DNA of 64,000 nt from a candidate division WWE3 bacterium (GCA_003599255.1 QZJF01000021.1:2287-66286); one strand, 5' to 3'. Shown: positions 17,674-28,486, counted from the stretch's first letter. A program made the numbers and translations. Notes: generated by a model from the letters alone, not told the origin.

Positions 17674-18854
17674 TATTCGTATCTCAACGCCTCAATCGGC
17701 TCCTTTTTACTTGCCTGAATTGCAGGATAGGTTCCAAAAATCACGCCAGTTAAAACCGAAAATAAAAATGATAATAAAACTGCCCATAACGGAACTTCTG
17801 CTCGGACAAACGATTGGGCAGCGAACGCAGCAGCAAAACCAAGAAATATGCCTATAGAACCCCCAACAATACTTATCATTATTGATTCGAGCAAAAACTG
17901 AATCCCAATCGTCATAGATGTTGCACCAAGTGCTTTTCTGAGGCCAATTTCTCTGATCCTTTCGGTCACCGATACCAGCATAATATTCATAATCCCTATT
18001 CCTCCTACTATTAAAGAAATTGCCGCCACGCTACCTATACCAACAGACAATATACTTAAAATGCTTTGAATAGAACTCAATATGTCTTTCTGAGATAAAA
18101 CTGTAAATTCATCGTCTTTAAGGTCTTGCAGTAACGCAATTTCTATTTCTGTCATAGCTTTGTCAATGCTATCTGAATCTTTAGCCTTAATAGTTATTCC
18201 TGAAATATTTTTGGTATTGAAAACTTTCTGAAGTGTTGTGTAAGGGGCGATAACTCTTTCATCGGCATTAAAACCTTTAGAGGTCAACACACCAATAACT
18301 TCCATATATGTATCCCCTACTTTCACCTTTTCTCCTATGGGATTGCGATTACCAAAAAGCTCGTTTTTTACGTCGGGTCCTAGAACTAATACTTTGGCAT
18401 CAGTGATTTCTTCCTCTTTGGTAAATGCTCGCCCATAATCTATTTCCAGGTCAGTTATACTAAGAAAATTACTGTTTGTTCCCACAAGAGAAGCCAAGTA
18501 TCTCTTAGTTTTATACTGAATGGTTTTGCCTAACCTCATGTTAGGGGTTGCACCTATAATGTATTGGGATGCGTCACGATTAATTCTATCCACATTCTCG
18601 GCAGTTAATTTATTATTGGCAAAAGCAAGTCCCGGATCCTGATCAAATCCCACGCGTCCGGGAGCAACCAAAATAAGATTTGAGCCCAATGCACTAAACT
18701 GATCTGTAACAAAATTCTGAACACCCCTGACTAAAGAAACCAGCGACAACACAGCAAAAACTCCGATAATTACGCCGAGCATGGTAAGAAAAGTACGTAC
18801 TTTATTGGCACGAAGAGAAAGAATTGAGCTTCTAAAAATTTCTAAAAAGTTCAT
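17673..18854 (-). CDS. ABC transporter permease, MacB/FtsX family (paralog 1)
   Basis: 393 aa, N-terminal TM, periplasmic domain, FtsX C-terminus; 1-nt overlap with the downstream paralog. Confidence 0.85.
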   Translation of the reverse strand: MNFLEIFRSSILSLRANKVRTFLTMLGVIIGVFAVLSLVSLVRGVQNFVTDQFSALGSNLILVAPGRVGFDQDPGLAFANNKLTAENVDRINRDASQYIIGATPNMRLGKTIQYKTKRYLASLVGTNSNFLSITDLEIDYGRAFTKEEEITDAKVLVLGPDVKNELFGNRNPIGEKVKVGDTYMEVIGVLTSKGFNADERVIAPYTTLQKVFNTKNISGITIKAKDSDSIDKAMTEIEIALLQDLKDDEFTVLSQKDILSSIQSILSILSVGIGSVAAISLIVGGIGIMNIMLVSVTERIREIGLRKALGATSMTIGIQFLLESIMISIVGGSIGIFLGFAAAFAAQSFVRAEVPLWAVLLSFLFSVLTGVIFGTYPAIQASKKEPIEALRYE

Positions 18855-19528
18855 TATTCACCGTTAAGTAAACCATCTTTGATAATAATCTGACGTTTAG
18901 CGATTTTGGCTAAATCTTCGTCATGCGTTACCAGAATAATAGTTTTGCCCTGTTCATTTAATCTTGAAAATAAATCCGTAATTTCCCTGCCCGTTTTTGA
19001 ATCAAGATTACCTGTAGGTTCATCTGCAAAAATAATGGAAGGTTCGTTTACAAGTGCCCGGGCTATAGCAACGCGTTGTTTTTGGCCTCCGGACAATTCG
19101 TTGGACTTGTTATTCATTCTGTTTCCGAGATCCACCATATTTAGCATATCTTCTGCTTTCTTTCTCCATGTGTTTCGCGGCACATCACTATATTTAAGCG
19201 GTAGAATTACGTTATCGAGTGCTGATGTTCGCGGAAGCAGATTAAAAGACTGAAATACAAATCCAATTTCTTTATTTCTAATTCTCGCAAGATCCTTCTC
19301 CTTGTAATTTGTAACATTAATTTCGTTCATTATTACTTCTCCGGAAGTCGGCGTATCCAAGAGTCCCATAATATGCATTAATGTTGATTTCCCGGAGCCT
19401 GATTTACCTACTATTGCTAAAAACTCTCCCTTATTTACCTCTACAGATACACCTCTTAAAGCTTGTATTTTAACATCACCAAGATCATATTCTTTGACAA
19501 CATTTATTGTTTTTAATAAAGGTGGCAT
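18854..19528 (-). CDS. ABC transporter ATP-binding protein
   Basis: Walker [10 protein letters not shown], signature LSGGQKQR, Walker B IFADEPT. Confidence 0.9.
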   Translation of the reverse strand: MPPLLKTINVVKEYDLGDVKIQALRGVSVEVNKGEFLAIVGKSGSGKSTLMHIMGLLDTPTSGEVIMNEINVTNYKEKDLARIRNKEIGFVFQSFNLLPRTSALDNVILPLKYSDVPRNTWRKKAEDMLNMVDLGNRMNNKSNELSGGQKQRVAIARALVNEPSIIFADEPTGNLDSKTGREITDLFSRLNEQGKTIILVTHDEDLAKIAKRQIIIKDGLLNGE

Positions 19529-19537
19529 AAGAAGTGT

Positions 19538-20599
19538 TTAATTGGGTACTATAGCCGCTTTGTAACCTTCGGCAAGCTCAATATCCTGATTCAGACCTAT
19601 CACAATAGGAAACTCAGGGGAGCTCTTAATTTCTGTGTATATATCACCTTCAAGTCCTATTTCAACGGGATACTTTGAAAGGTAACCATTCCTAACAACC
19701 CATACAAAAGGTCTATCTTCCTCGTCATAGAAAACTTCATCATAATATAGCGATGGAACTTCCTGAGATGTAGTATCAACAACAATTTTTGCGTCTCCCG
19801 TTAAACCTAATGAAGGTAAAAATTCACCACTTTCTTCAAACTCAATTTTTACAGTAAAGTCTCCAATATCACCGGCATATAAGGATAGTTCTGACACTGT
19901 TCCTTGGAATTTTCTGTTTCCATAAGCGTCCAAACTTATTTCTGTACTCTGTCCTATTTTTAAAGATCCATAGTCCTCCTGGTCAACATTAATTTCAAAG
20001 TATAAATCCTCTAAATTCGACATCTTTATAATTGCTTCGCCAGTTGCCGCTGTTTCTCCTACTTCTTTTGTAATGTCCACAACAGTGCCTGTAAAAGGCG
20101 CTGTTATATAATAATTTTGAAATCTGGCCAACTCTGCCTGATATGAAGCCTCGGCCTGGCTAACTTCTTCGTTGTACTGTCTTAGCCTGATCTCGTATTG
20201 ATCACTGCCCCCTAGTGTTTTCTCATTTGTCTCACGGTCGGATACAAATAAATCCCTCTTTCTCAAAACGATATCGCGTGCATCCCTGACCGCTTGAGTT
20301 GATTGGTATTGTATGGAACTTTCTAAATATGCAAGTATTTGCCCTTGGGTTACTTTCTCCCCTTCTTTTACTGTTATTTGAGAAATGACTTGCGTGGAGG
20401 GAAAGGATAGGTTAACTGTGCTTTTTGATTTTATTGCACCGCTAGCAGAAACTGTTTTGTTCACAACGCGATTTTCAATTTTTGTTTCTTTAACCTGTAG
20501 TGATTTTACTTTGGGAGATGTAAAATACCTTACAGCCAAAACCAAAACTAAAACAACAATTAAAATTAATATGTAACTTCTTTTTATCTTCATATCCAA
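19538..20599 (-). CDS. efflux periplasmic adaptor subunit (HlyD family)
   Basis: N-terminal TM, coiled coil and beta-barrel domains; first gene of the minus-strand operon 20599 to 16492. Confidence 0.75.
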   Translation of the reverse strand: MDMKIKRSYILILIVVLVLVLAVRYFTSPKVKSLQVKETKIENRVVNKTVSASGAIKSKSTVNLSFPSTQVISQITVKEGEKVTQGQILAYLESSIQYQSTQAVRDARDIVLRKRDLFVSDRETNEKTLGGSDQYEIRLRQYNEEVSQAEASYQAELARFQNYYITAPFTGTVVDITKEVGETAATGEAIIKMSNLEDLYFEINVDQEDYGSLKIGQSTEISLDAYGNRKFQGTVSELSLYAGDIGDFTVKIEFEESGEFLPSLGLTGDAKIVVDTTSQEVPSLYYDEVFYDEEDRPFVWVVRNGYLSKYPVEIGLEGDIYTEIKSSPEFPIVIGLNQDIELAEGYKAAIVPN

Positions 20600-20672
20600 A
20601 TGTATACTATAACATAATACACTGTCACTTCGATCTATGGTATAACAAATTGAAGTCGAGTATAGTAAATAT

Positions 20673-21047
20673 ATGAAACAAATTTTAAATTCTCATCACC
20701 CGGTAAGACACGCCAAAAGCTTTAAATACGCCTTTGAAGGAATATTTCATGCTTTACTTAATGAGGCTAATTTCAGAATCCAAGTGCTGATAGCTGTAAT
20801 ATCAGTGATCGCGGGAATTCACTTTAATATATCAAACACGGAATGGGGTCTACTCACTATTTCGATGGGTTTTCTTCTATCAGCTGAGATGCTTAACACC
20901 GTTGTTGAAGAATTTATTGACAACATAGTAAAAGAAGAAAATGTTGGAATGAAAATAATCAAGGATTGTGCTGCAGGGTTTGTGCTTATAACGGCTATAA
21001 CCGTAGCGTTAATCTTATTTTTGATTTTTGGTCATCGACTTGTGTAG
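20673..21047 (+). CDS. dgkA: diacylglycerol kinase / undecaprenol kinase family
   Basis: 124 aa, 3 TM helices, conserved AEMLNT..EE..D motif of prokaryotic DAGK. Confidence 0.75.
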   Translation: MKQILNSHHPVRHAKSFKYAFEGIFHALLNEANFRIQVLIAVISVIAGIHFNISNTEWGLLTISMGFLLSAEMLNTVVEEFIDNIVKEENVGMKIIKDCAAGFVLITAITVALILFLIFGHRLV

Positions 21048-21536
21048 TCTTATATCAAGATAAATCAGGATAACAAGATAGACTGCGCCAAATAAATATC
21101 CGCCTATAGCATCAGATACCCAATGTTCTCCTAGAACCACACGGGACACTCCCACAAGCGATATGAAATAGATTGAAAATAATACAATAAAAAATCGAAC
21201 AAATTTGTCAATTCCCGGATTTCTGAGCGTGATGTACAAAAGGTAACCAAAAAACACTGTATAAACGACAACGTGAGAGCTTGGAAAGCTAAATTTATTA
21301 ATCAAATCAGTGTAGGAGGCTGTATCTGGCCTGTGTATTTGAAACAAATGCTTAAGTATTACTGAGTATGGATAACTTAACAGAGAGACCAAAACTAGTA
21401 GACCTTCATTAATTTTTTTAATCTTTAACAAAAAAGCCGATAACAAGAGCGCTAGGGGAACCATGAATAGCAAAGATTCGCCGAAATTACTAATAAATCT
21501 AAGTTGTAAATAAATGAAATTGTTGATCGACTCCAT
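21015..21536 (-). CDS. PAP2 family phosphatase (undecaprenyl-diphosphatase-like)
   Basis: PAP2 motifs KxxxxxxRP (QIHRPD), PSSH and SRVVLGEHWVSD. Confidence 0.75.
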   Translation of the reverse strand: MESINNFIYLQLRFISNFGESLLFMVPLALLLSAFLLKIKKINEGLLVLVSLLSYPYSVILKHLFQIHRPDTASYTDLINKFSFPSSHVVVYTVFFGYLLYITLRNPGIDKFVRFFIVLFSIYFISLVGVSRVVLGEHWVSDAIGGYLFGAVYLVILIYLDIRLHKSMTKNQK

Positions 21537-21537
21537 C

Positions 21538-23169
21538 CTAGTAACCTTGTTCTTTTAATTCATCCAAAGTACCTACCGGCATAAGATACACCGTCACCAG
21601 ATCTTTTCCAGATCGGGACAATGTATATACCGGAGGATATTTGTTAGCCCAGTATAATGCTTTTTGACTAAGAATCTCATTAGTAAAACTTTGCGGGTTT
21701 CTAATAAATACAAAGAAACCGGCCTTATTGGTGTCTTTAGTTAATTTTATATGGTGCCTCGCAATAGATTCTCTTTCATTTGTAGAATATGCAGGTATTT
21801 CATCGTGTTCTCTTATGAAGTCACCTATGCTTTCCCAGTCTCTATAGTAAGGAAACCCGAACATACTTAAGTGGTATATAGGTGTAGGTTTAGGAAATGT
21901 CCAGATATAGAATTTCTCTGGTTCCCACGGATATTCGACATTGTTATCTACAAATATTGCGTAAGACTGTAAAGCTACAAACACCAAAACGATTGAAAGT
22001 ACTATATCCTTTACGGTTACCAAGGGTATGAATTTAATTTTTTCGGATACAGACACGGCAACTTTTTCTATGAAGGAAGTTCCTACGCCGAGAAAGACGA
22101 ATAGCGGCATCAGATATGTATAGATATGAGTGCCGGGAATATACACAATTTTCTCCCACACGAAAATTCCTACGAAAAACCATAAAAAAACTGGCCACAA
22201 TATTTTTTTGTATCCGGATGCAAGAAAAAGCTCATCTAAGGTGTGCAAAAAACGGACTATATTTTTGCTTTTTGGGTTTTTGTGAAGCAGATACTTCACT
22301 TTTATTCTTGCAAAAAGAACGAACAGACCAGAAATGGCTAGTAATGTATAAATGTGAATAACATAAATCGGCTGATAAACTGTAAATAAATATACACTGC
22401 TGGACAACTTGGAAGAGACACTTCCCGACAATCTTCCTTCCCAATACTCATAAGTAGATTCCGAAATGGAAAATACAAATGGAATGTAAAAAACAGCTAG
22501 CAATAAAGTAAATAGCAAACCCGATAGAAGTATGTGCTTAATCTTTACTTTTAACTTAATATTTAAGCTTTCATCTTTAACCCAAGTAAATAAATAAAAG
22601 AAAAAAACAGGAAAAATAAATAAACCGTCATAATGAGCTAGTACCGATAGTGACCATGAAACAAAAGCTAAATACATCCCTGAAATCTTGAACCTGTCTT
22701 CTTTATTTGCCAAAACTATAAAATACAAAGCCAACACCGAAAATAAAATGACTAGCGATTGATACTGAACTATTCTTGAGAATGCAATGAAGAAACCGTT
22801 AGTTGCAAAGAAGAAAGCGGCAAAAAGAGCTACTTTTGAATTTATGAGCTGTTCCACTAGCTTGTAAAAAAAATAAACGGATAAAAATCCTGCGATTGCA
22901 AAAGGAAGTCTTATCAGAAACTGATTTGTATAAATCGGGTCAAGAAATTTAAGCAAAAAGGTGACTATGAATTGAAGCGGTCCTTTTCTTTGATCCATCA
23001 AAAATGAAAAGCCATTTTGACCCGGATCGGGAAGAAAAAGAGCTTTAATCTCATCCCCTTGGAAGTCTGAATACCCCAAATTAATAAGTCTTAATATAAA
23101 GGCAACAAACAGGATACTTATAAGGGGTAAATTATATTTTTTACTAAAAAAGTCTTTAATACCTTTCAT
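21538..23169 (-). CDS. GT-C glycosyltransferase, family 39 / ArnT-like
   Basis: 543 aa with more than 10 TM helices; N-terminal loop DFQGDE resembling the DE motif of PMT/ArnT. Confidence 0.7.
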   Translation of the reverse strand: MKGIKDFFSKKYNLPLISILFVAFILRLINLGYSDFQGDEIKALFLPDPGQNGFSFLMDQRKGPLQFIVTFLLKFLDPIYTNQFLIRLPFAIAGFLSVYFFYKLVEQLINSKVALFAAFFFATNGFFIAFSRIVQYQSLVILFSVLALYFIVLANKEDRFKISGMYLAFVSWSLSVLAHYDGLFIFPVFFFYLFTWVKDESLNIKLKVKIKHILLSGLLFTLLLAVFYIPFVFSISESTYEYWEGRLSGSVSSKLSSSVYLFTVYQPIYVIHIYTLLAISGLFVLFARIKVKYLLHKNPKSKNIVRFLHTLDELFLASGYKKILWPVFLWFFVGIFVWEKIVYIPGTHIYTYLMPLFVFLGVGTSFIEKVAVSVSEKIKFIPLVTVKDIVLSIVLVFVALQSYAIFVDNNVEYPWEPEKFYIWTFPKPTPIYHLSMFGFPYYRDWESIGDFIREHDEIPAYSTNERESIARHHIKLTKDTNKAGFFVFIRNPQSFTNEILSQKALYWANKYPPVYTLSRSGKDLVTVYLMPVGTLDELKEQGY

Positions 23170-25211
23170 TTTACACCGTAAACATGAAGCTCATTCATCG
23201 CACGGGTGATAGCCACAAAAGCTCTGCGTGCTTCCCTATAATTATGGATTTTATTTAAATTTAAGTCCAGTACGTGAACCTTTGAAAACTCCAGTCCCTT
23301 GCAATCCAAAGCAGACATTATATAAATTCCCTTTGGGATATAGCTAATTGTTTTTCTGCTGTCTAATCTTATGAGAAGCTCTCGCTTTACACCCATTTTC
23401 AATAAGAGTTGCTCTAACACTTCTACCTTGCTCTCATCAAAGCATATAATACCAATACTTTTGTCAATGTCTTTGATTTCTGTTGAAAGCACATCCATAA
23501 AATGACTTAACATGGCCTCCTGTTTTGAAAATAATGTTATTTCGGGCATATTACCTTCTCTGTTAATCGATTTGGGAAGGTACTCATCTGTGAATGGTGA
23601 TAATACTTTGTTAGCTAAATCAATTATTTGTCTTGTGCTTCGATAATTTGTCTTCAGTTCAAATGTTTTAGCTTCTTTAGCTTCTGTGATAACACTCTTT
23701 ATGTTTTTCCAGTTATCTATGCCATCGTCTTCCAAAGATTGGTTCAAATCGCCAAAAATTCCAAATCTGCCTCTAAGAACAAAATTGTTTAGAACTGCAT
23801 ATTCCAGGAGACTAAAATCCTGACCTTCATCCACGACGCAATATTCGTAAACCTGAACTTTTGAGAATCCCATAAGCTGTGAATACAAATAAACATACAA
23901 TAAAGTTTGATAATAGGACAAAATCTCACTTTCGGATATTTTCAGATCTTTCAGGAGCCTTTTAAATATATGATGCTTGACTTCTTCCTTAATTTTGGAA
24001 ACTTTCCTAATAGCACGTCTGAGATTTTTTATATTTTCTTTATAAAATAAAACTCTAATTGATTTCGGGTTGTCTTTTAAAAGCTCGGTCTGGTTGTCCA
24101 ATTCCTCGTTAAGATCAGCGATAATTTCATTCAAATTCTCGTATGGGGATTGTAGAGTCGAATATTTATAACCTCCAAATGACTCCAAATCCGGGTCATT
24201 GAAAATATCGTTAATTCTGTTTTGAACTGATGTGTGAACCATCGAAAGTTTTTTTTGGACGGACTCAAGTTCTTTATTGTCAAACCTAGATGTATCCTGT
24301 TCAAAATCAAGATCAACTTTTATGTTTAGTTCTTCACGGAATATTACATTAACAACCATGTCCCTAAGTGTTTTGTAATTAATATCAAATATTCCGAGTT
24401 TAGGAAAAAGAGTCGATAAATAACCGACTAAAATTTGATTCTTAGCCACCAGTACAGCTCTCTCAGGTCTGATATAGTTAGGATAATTAAAAAATATATG
24501 TGAAAGTTTATGAATTGCCACCGTACTTTTCCCACTCCCAACGCATCCCTGCACAATACAAACCTGTCTTGGATCGGATTCAATAATATCTAGTTGATCG
24601 TTTTGGATAGTTGCAATTATATCTTCCAGTACTCCGCCTGTTCTTCCTTTTATCTTTTCGACAATAATCTCATTTTCATCAAACTGTATATCATTGTTGT
24701 AATACTTAACCAGTTCCCCTTTGTTTATTTCAAAAGTTCGTTTAAGGGTCAAATCTTTTACAACCCTACCCTCTGGAGTCTCGTATTCAACATTTTTCTG
24801 CGGATATCTGTATTTGTAATATACCGATGCAATCTTTGCTCTCCAATCAGTGATTATCGGTTTATCTTCGGTATAGCCGAATTTCCCTATATAAACAGTT
24901 TCTTTAACATTTTCATCGTGATTCATCAGATCAATTCTGGCAAAGTAAGGTTCGCTCTCCAGATAACTTAATTCCTCTAGTCTCTGATATTTATCTTTGT
25001 AATTAAATGTGGCATTTTTCTCGTGGAGCTGTTCCAATAATATTTGAAAATCAAAACCCATTTCCGGGTTTTCCCTAAGCTCTCTAAGTCTCTCCAAAGT
25101 TCCGCTGCTTACTCTTTCTATAGACTTTCTTAAGTAATCTTTTGCATCTTTTATTTTGTTAAGAACGTTATTTAATTGTGATTTCTCTTGTTTCATTTCA
25201 TTTAAGTCCAT
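23166..25211 (-). CDS. UvrD/HelD-like superfamily 1 DNA helicase
   Basis: Walker A GCVGSGKST followed by an AIHKLSHIF helix (HelD-like), DEGQD Walker B, C-terminal ITRAMNELHVY. Confidence 0.7.
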   Translation of the reverse strand: MDLNEMKQEKSQLNNVLNKIKDAKDYLRKSIERVSSGTLERLRELRENPEMGFDFQILLEQLHEKNATFNYKDKYQRLEELSYLESEPYFARIDLMNHDENVKETVYIGKFGYTEDKPIITDWRAKIASVYYKYRYPQKNVEYETPEGRVVKDLTLKRTFEINKGELVKYYNNDIQFDENEIIVEKIKGRTGGVLEDIIATIQNDQLDIIESDPRQVCIVQGCVGSGKSTVAIHKLSHIFFNYPNYIRPERAVLVAKNQILVGYLSTLFPKLGIFDINYKTLRDMVVNVIFREELNIKVDLDFEQDTSRFDNKELESVQKKLSMVHTSVQNRINDIFNDPDLESFGGYKYSTLQSPYENLNEIIADLNEELDNQTELLKDNPKSIRVLFYKENIKNLRRAIRKVSKIKEEVKHHIFKRLLKDLKISESEILSYYQTLLYVYLYSQLMGFSKVQVYEYCVVDEGQDFSLLEYAVLNNFVLRGRFGIFGDLNQSLEDDGIDNWKNIKSVITEAKEAKTFELKTNYRSTRQIIDLANKVLSPFTDEYLPKSINREGNMPEITLFSKQEAMLSHFMDVLSTEIKDIDKSIGIICFDESKVEVLEQLLLKMGVKRELLIRLDSRKTISYIPKGIYIMSALDCKGLEFSKVHVLDLNLNKIHNYREARRAFVAITRAMNELHVYGVK

Positions 25212-25893
25212 ATGTAAACCCTTTCTTAGCTACCATTACAATGTATTCCCCTTTCGGTTTTAACTCCGCTTTTTTTTCTAAAACCGACGCAACATGTCCT
25301 CTTGTAATTTTTTCGTGAAGTTTAGTTAAATCATTTACAACACATACATATCTATCACCCAAAGTTCCGTAAATTTCTTCTAGAAGTTTTACAACTCTAA
25401 AGGGCGACTCAAAAATTATCAATGTAGACTCAAGAGTTCCGTACGCTAAGAGTAATTCTTTCCGCGCAGCCAAACTTTTAGGCAAAAAACCAAGAAATGT
25501 AAACTTATCAGTCGGAAGTCCGCTTATGGATAGTGCGGCAATAACTGAGGACGGGCCGGGTATTGAAATTACTTCGAAATCTTTGATCACTAGTTCCCTC
25601 ACCAGATTAAATCCGGGATCGGATATCAGAGGGGTGCCGCTGTCCGAAATTAAGGCAAGATCTTTACCATTCTCTAGCATTTTCAATATTTCCGGTAGAA
25701 TCCGTTTGTGATTTTGATCTCTATAAGATATTTGCGGCTTTTCAAGATGCAGATATTTAAGCAATTTATCGGTCTCTCTCGTATCTTCCGATAAAAGCAT
25801 AGCCGCATCTTTCAAAACTTCCGTTGCTCTATAAGTCACATCCCCCAGATTACCTATAGGGGAAGCAACAATGTATAATTTACCTCTGGTCAT
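25198..25893 (-). CDS. rsmI: 16S rRNA (cytidine1402-2'-O)-methyltransferase
   Basis: LYIVASPIGNLGDVTYRA and SDSGTPLISDPG motifs of the tetrapyrrole-methylase fold. Confidence 0.85.
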   Translation of the reverse strand: MTRGKLYIVASPIGNLGDVTYRATEVLKDAAMLLSEDTRETDKLLKYLHLEKPQISYRDQNHKRILPEILKMLENGKDLALISDSGTPLISDPGFNLVRELVIKDFEVISIPGPSSVIAALSISGLPTDKFTFLGFLPKSLAARKELLLAYGTLESTLIIFESPFRVVKLLEEIYGTLGDRYVCVVNDLTKLHEKITRGHVASVLEKKAELKPKGEYIVMVAKKGFTYGLK

Positions 25894-25900
25894 GGTATAG

Positions 25901-27010
25901 ATGTATTCAATTTACTATTTTACCATGACAAAGGGAAAAAATGACTTTATGCAGTTAAAACTAAGAAAACACATTCTGGACTTGCCCGTTTTCTTTCCTG
26001 ATGCAACTCATGCGGTGATCAGAGGAATGTCTCCGGACGATTTAATTGGAACAAATACACAAGGCCTTGTTGTAAATACATTTCATTTTTTAGTTGATGG
26101 CATTATAGATGTTGTGGAAAAATCAGGAGGTGTAAGTAGTTTTATGAATGTTAATCTACCTGTTATATCGGACTCGGGGGGTTTTCAGGCCATGTCGTTG
26201 GTCAGAAGAGGCAACAATGGCGGCAAATTAACAGATAATGGCGTAGTTTTTAAAAATTTTAAAAACGGGAGCTATCTAGAACTAACTCCGGAAAACTGCA
26301 TTGAAACACAACTTAAAATCGGCAGTGATATATTGATGTGTCTTGATGACTGTACGGATCCGCATGAAAACATAATTGAACAGGAAAAATCCATAGAAAG
26401 AACTATTAAGTGGGCAAAAAGATGCAGAGCCCGTTTTGACGAACTTACTGGCACAATGGAAAAAGCGAAGCCTCTTCTCTTTGCCATTATTCAGGGCGGC
26501 AACCATCAGGAATTAAGAAAACAATGTGCCGATGAACTGATAAAGTTGAATTTTGATGGTTACGCGTACGGTGGTTGGCCTATGTTCGAGGGGACGTTTA
26601 TGGAGGATATTTTAAGATTCACGGCATATCTCATGCCCGACGACAAACCAAAATATGCAATGGGTGTTGGAAAACCTGAAGATGTAAGAAAAGGAATAGA
26701 TATGGGATATAACATGTTCGATTGTGTTTTGCCCACAAGGGACGCGCGACATGGAAGGTTGTATGTTTGGAAAGATGCAAAAAATGGAACTCAAATGGAA
26801 TATGAATTCCTGGCAATAGGTTCAGGGCAAAACAAACACGATTTGCGACCGGTGTCGGATGAATGCCGGTGTATAACCTGTCAAAAATACACCCGTGCGT
26901 ATTTACACCACCTTTTTAAAATCAGCGAGCCATCGTACTATCGATTAGCTACTATTCACAATCTGTTCTTCTACGCAGACTACATGAATCACATCTCTTT
27001 GGGAGACTGA
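25901..27010 (+). CDS. tgt: queuine tRNA-ribosyltransferase
   Basis: Catalytic/zinc motifs DCV(L)PTR, CRCITC ... H; GGL..GE-like region. Confidence 0.85.
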   Translation: MYSIYYFTMTKGKNDFMQLKLRKHILDLPVFFPDATHAVIRGMSPDDLIGTNTQGLVVNTFHFLVDGIIDVVEKSGGVSSFMNVNLPVISDSGGFQAMSLVRRGNNGGKLTDNGVVFKNFKNGSYLELTPENCIETQLKIGSDILMCLDDCTDPHENIIEQEKSIERTIKWAKRCRARFDELTGTMEKAKPLLFAIIQGGNHQELRKQCADELIKLNFDGYAYGGWPMFEGTFMEDILRFTAYLMPDDKPKYAMGVGKPEDVRKGIDMGYNMFDCVLPTRDARHGRLYVWKDAKNGTQMEYEFLAIGSGQNKHDLRPVSDECRCITCQKYTRAYLHHLFKISEPSYYRLATIHNLFFYADYMNHISLGD

Positions 27011-27939
27011 TTTGAAATATCGAGAGAATGATATTTATTATTTCCTCTACCAGCGGCACCATTTGCAATTTCTCTGGCATTTCTATCTCCATAAGGATAA
27101 ATAATAATCATGGAACTTTCCTCTTTACTCATCTCGTTTAGTATCTGAAGTTCCCTTAATCGAAGGGCATCGTTGTTTTTTCCTAACATCGCGCTAGCTT
27201 CCGCCAACTTCTGGGCTACGGCAACTTCAGTATCAGCTTGTATCTGTTTTGCTTCGGCTGCTCTTCTTTCTCTTGCTATGACCGCAAGTTCTTCTACCAG
27301 CGATTGAGGAGTATCAATATCGGTAATTCTCACCGCTCGTACATCAATTCCATATACAACTGCTCCCTGGTCAATCTGGTTTTTAAGTGATTCAGCTATC
27401 TGATCGCGTTCACTTAGGAGTTCCTTCAAATCCATGCTCCCGATAGTATTCTTCAAGGCTTCTGTTGAAAGCCAAATAACAGATTGGCGATAATTTTGTA
27501 CATCAATAATGGCTTTTCTAGGATCTTCAACCCTAAACTCCACGGCAGCAGTCACCCTAGTTGGAACGTTGTCCTTTGTTAATGTAGCGGTTGCTTCGAC
27601 CTGATGTGTTTCTATCCTGGTATCAACAATTGCCGCTACAGAATAAACAAATGGTGGAATGATAAAAAATCCCGGACCCTTGATACCTATAAATGTACCC
27701 AAACGCAAAAGGACCATTCTTTCCCATTCGGGTAATATATAGAACATTTTTGAGAAGATACCAGCCAACCAGGCATTAAAAACCAGTGTAGGTATCATCA
27801 GTGGCGTTGAGGATCTGAATATACTGTAAGAAATTACACCAACTATACTTCCCAGTATTATTGTAAATAAAATAAAAAATACTACCCATGCGACTGTCCT
27901 TATGAAAGACTGGACCGCATTTGTGCTGTTATAAAGCAT
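26989..27939 (-). CDS. SPFH/band 7 (stomatin/prohibitin-like) membrane protein
   Basis: N-terminal TM helices, SPFH core, A/E-rich coiled coil. Confidence 0.8.
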   Translation of the reverse strand: MLYNSTNAVQSFIRTVAWVVFFILFTIILGSIVGVISYSIFRSSTPLMIPTLVFNAWLAGIFSKMFYILPEWERMVLLRLGTFIGIKGPGFFIIPPFVYSVAAIVDTRIETHQVEATATLTKDNVPTRVTAAVEFRVEDPRKAIIDVQNYRQSVIWLSTEALKNTIGSMDLKELLSERDQIAESLKNQIDQGAVVYGIDVRAVRITDIDTPQSLVEELAVIARERRAAEAKQIQADTEVAVAQKLAEASAMLGKNNDALRLRELQILNEMSKEESSMIIIYPYGDRNAREIANGAAGRGNNKYHSLDISNQSPKEM

Positions 27940-27955
27940 TTAACCTCCTTTAAAA

Positions 27956-28441
27956 CTAATTACTTTTAGCAAGCAAATCTATCTGCCTTTTCAAACTTGT
28001 CAATGTCGCTGAAAGCTCTCTATACCGGATAGCGCGGTTTTCGCATTCAGGTGTCCCGGAAGTATCCTCCGTATTACAATTTGCGTTCAAAAAACTTTCT
28101 GCATCCCTTTGGGCATTTTTGATTGAGTCGTACTGATTTACCAATTGAGTAATTTTTTGGTAGTCTTCATCTGAAAAACACTTGTTTATGTTCATATCCG
28201 ATCGCTTTAAGTAATAGTACCGTTCACAATTTGAAGTATTGGTAATTTTAATTGAATTCTGCTGAGTATTTGTCTTGTTTTCGAAAACTTCCATCTGATC
28301 CACAAAGGAAGTATTTAATTTAATTTTCTGAAATAAGAAAAAGCCCGGAATAGAAATAAGCAGAAATAAAATAAATAACCCGATAATAACGGAAAAAATC
28401 ACGACAACATCGGAAATACCACTAGCTCGTGTATTACTCAT
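27956..28441 (-). CDS. hypothetical membrane-anchored Cys-rich protein
   Basis: One TM helix and an extracytoplasmic domain with 6 Cys; immediately upstream of the SPFH gene. Confidence 0.5.
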   Translation of the reverse strand: MSNTRASGISDVVVIFSVIIGLFILFLLISIPGFFLFQKIKLNTSFVDQMEVFENKTNTQQNSIKITNTSNCERYYYLKRSDMNINKCFSDEDYQKITQLVNQYDSIKNAQRDAESFLNANCNTEDTSGTPECENRAIRYRELSATLTSLKRQIDLLAKSN

Positions 28442-28486
28442 ATATATTGATGATACATTAAACTATGAAATATTAGTATATTGTGA

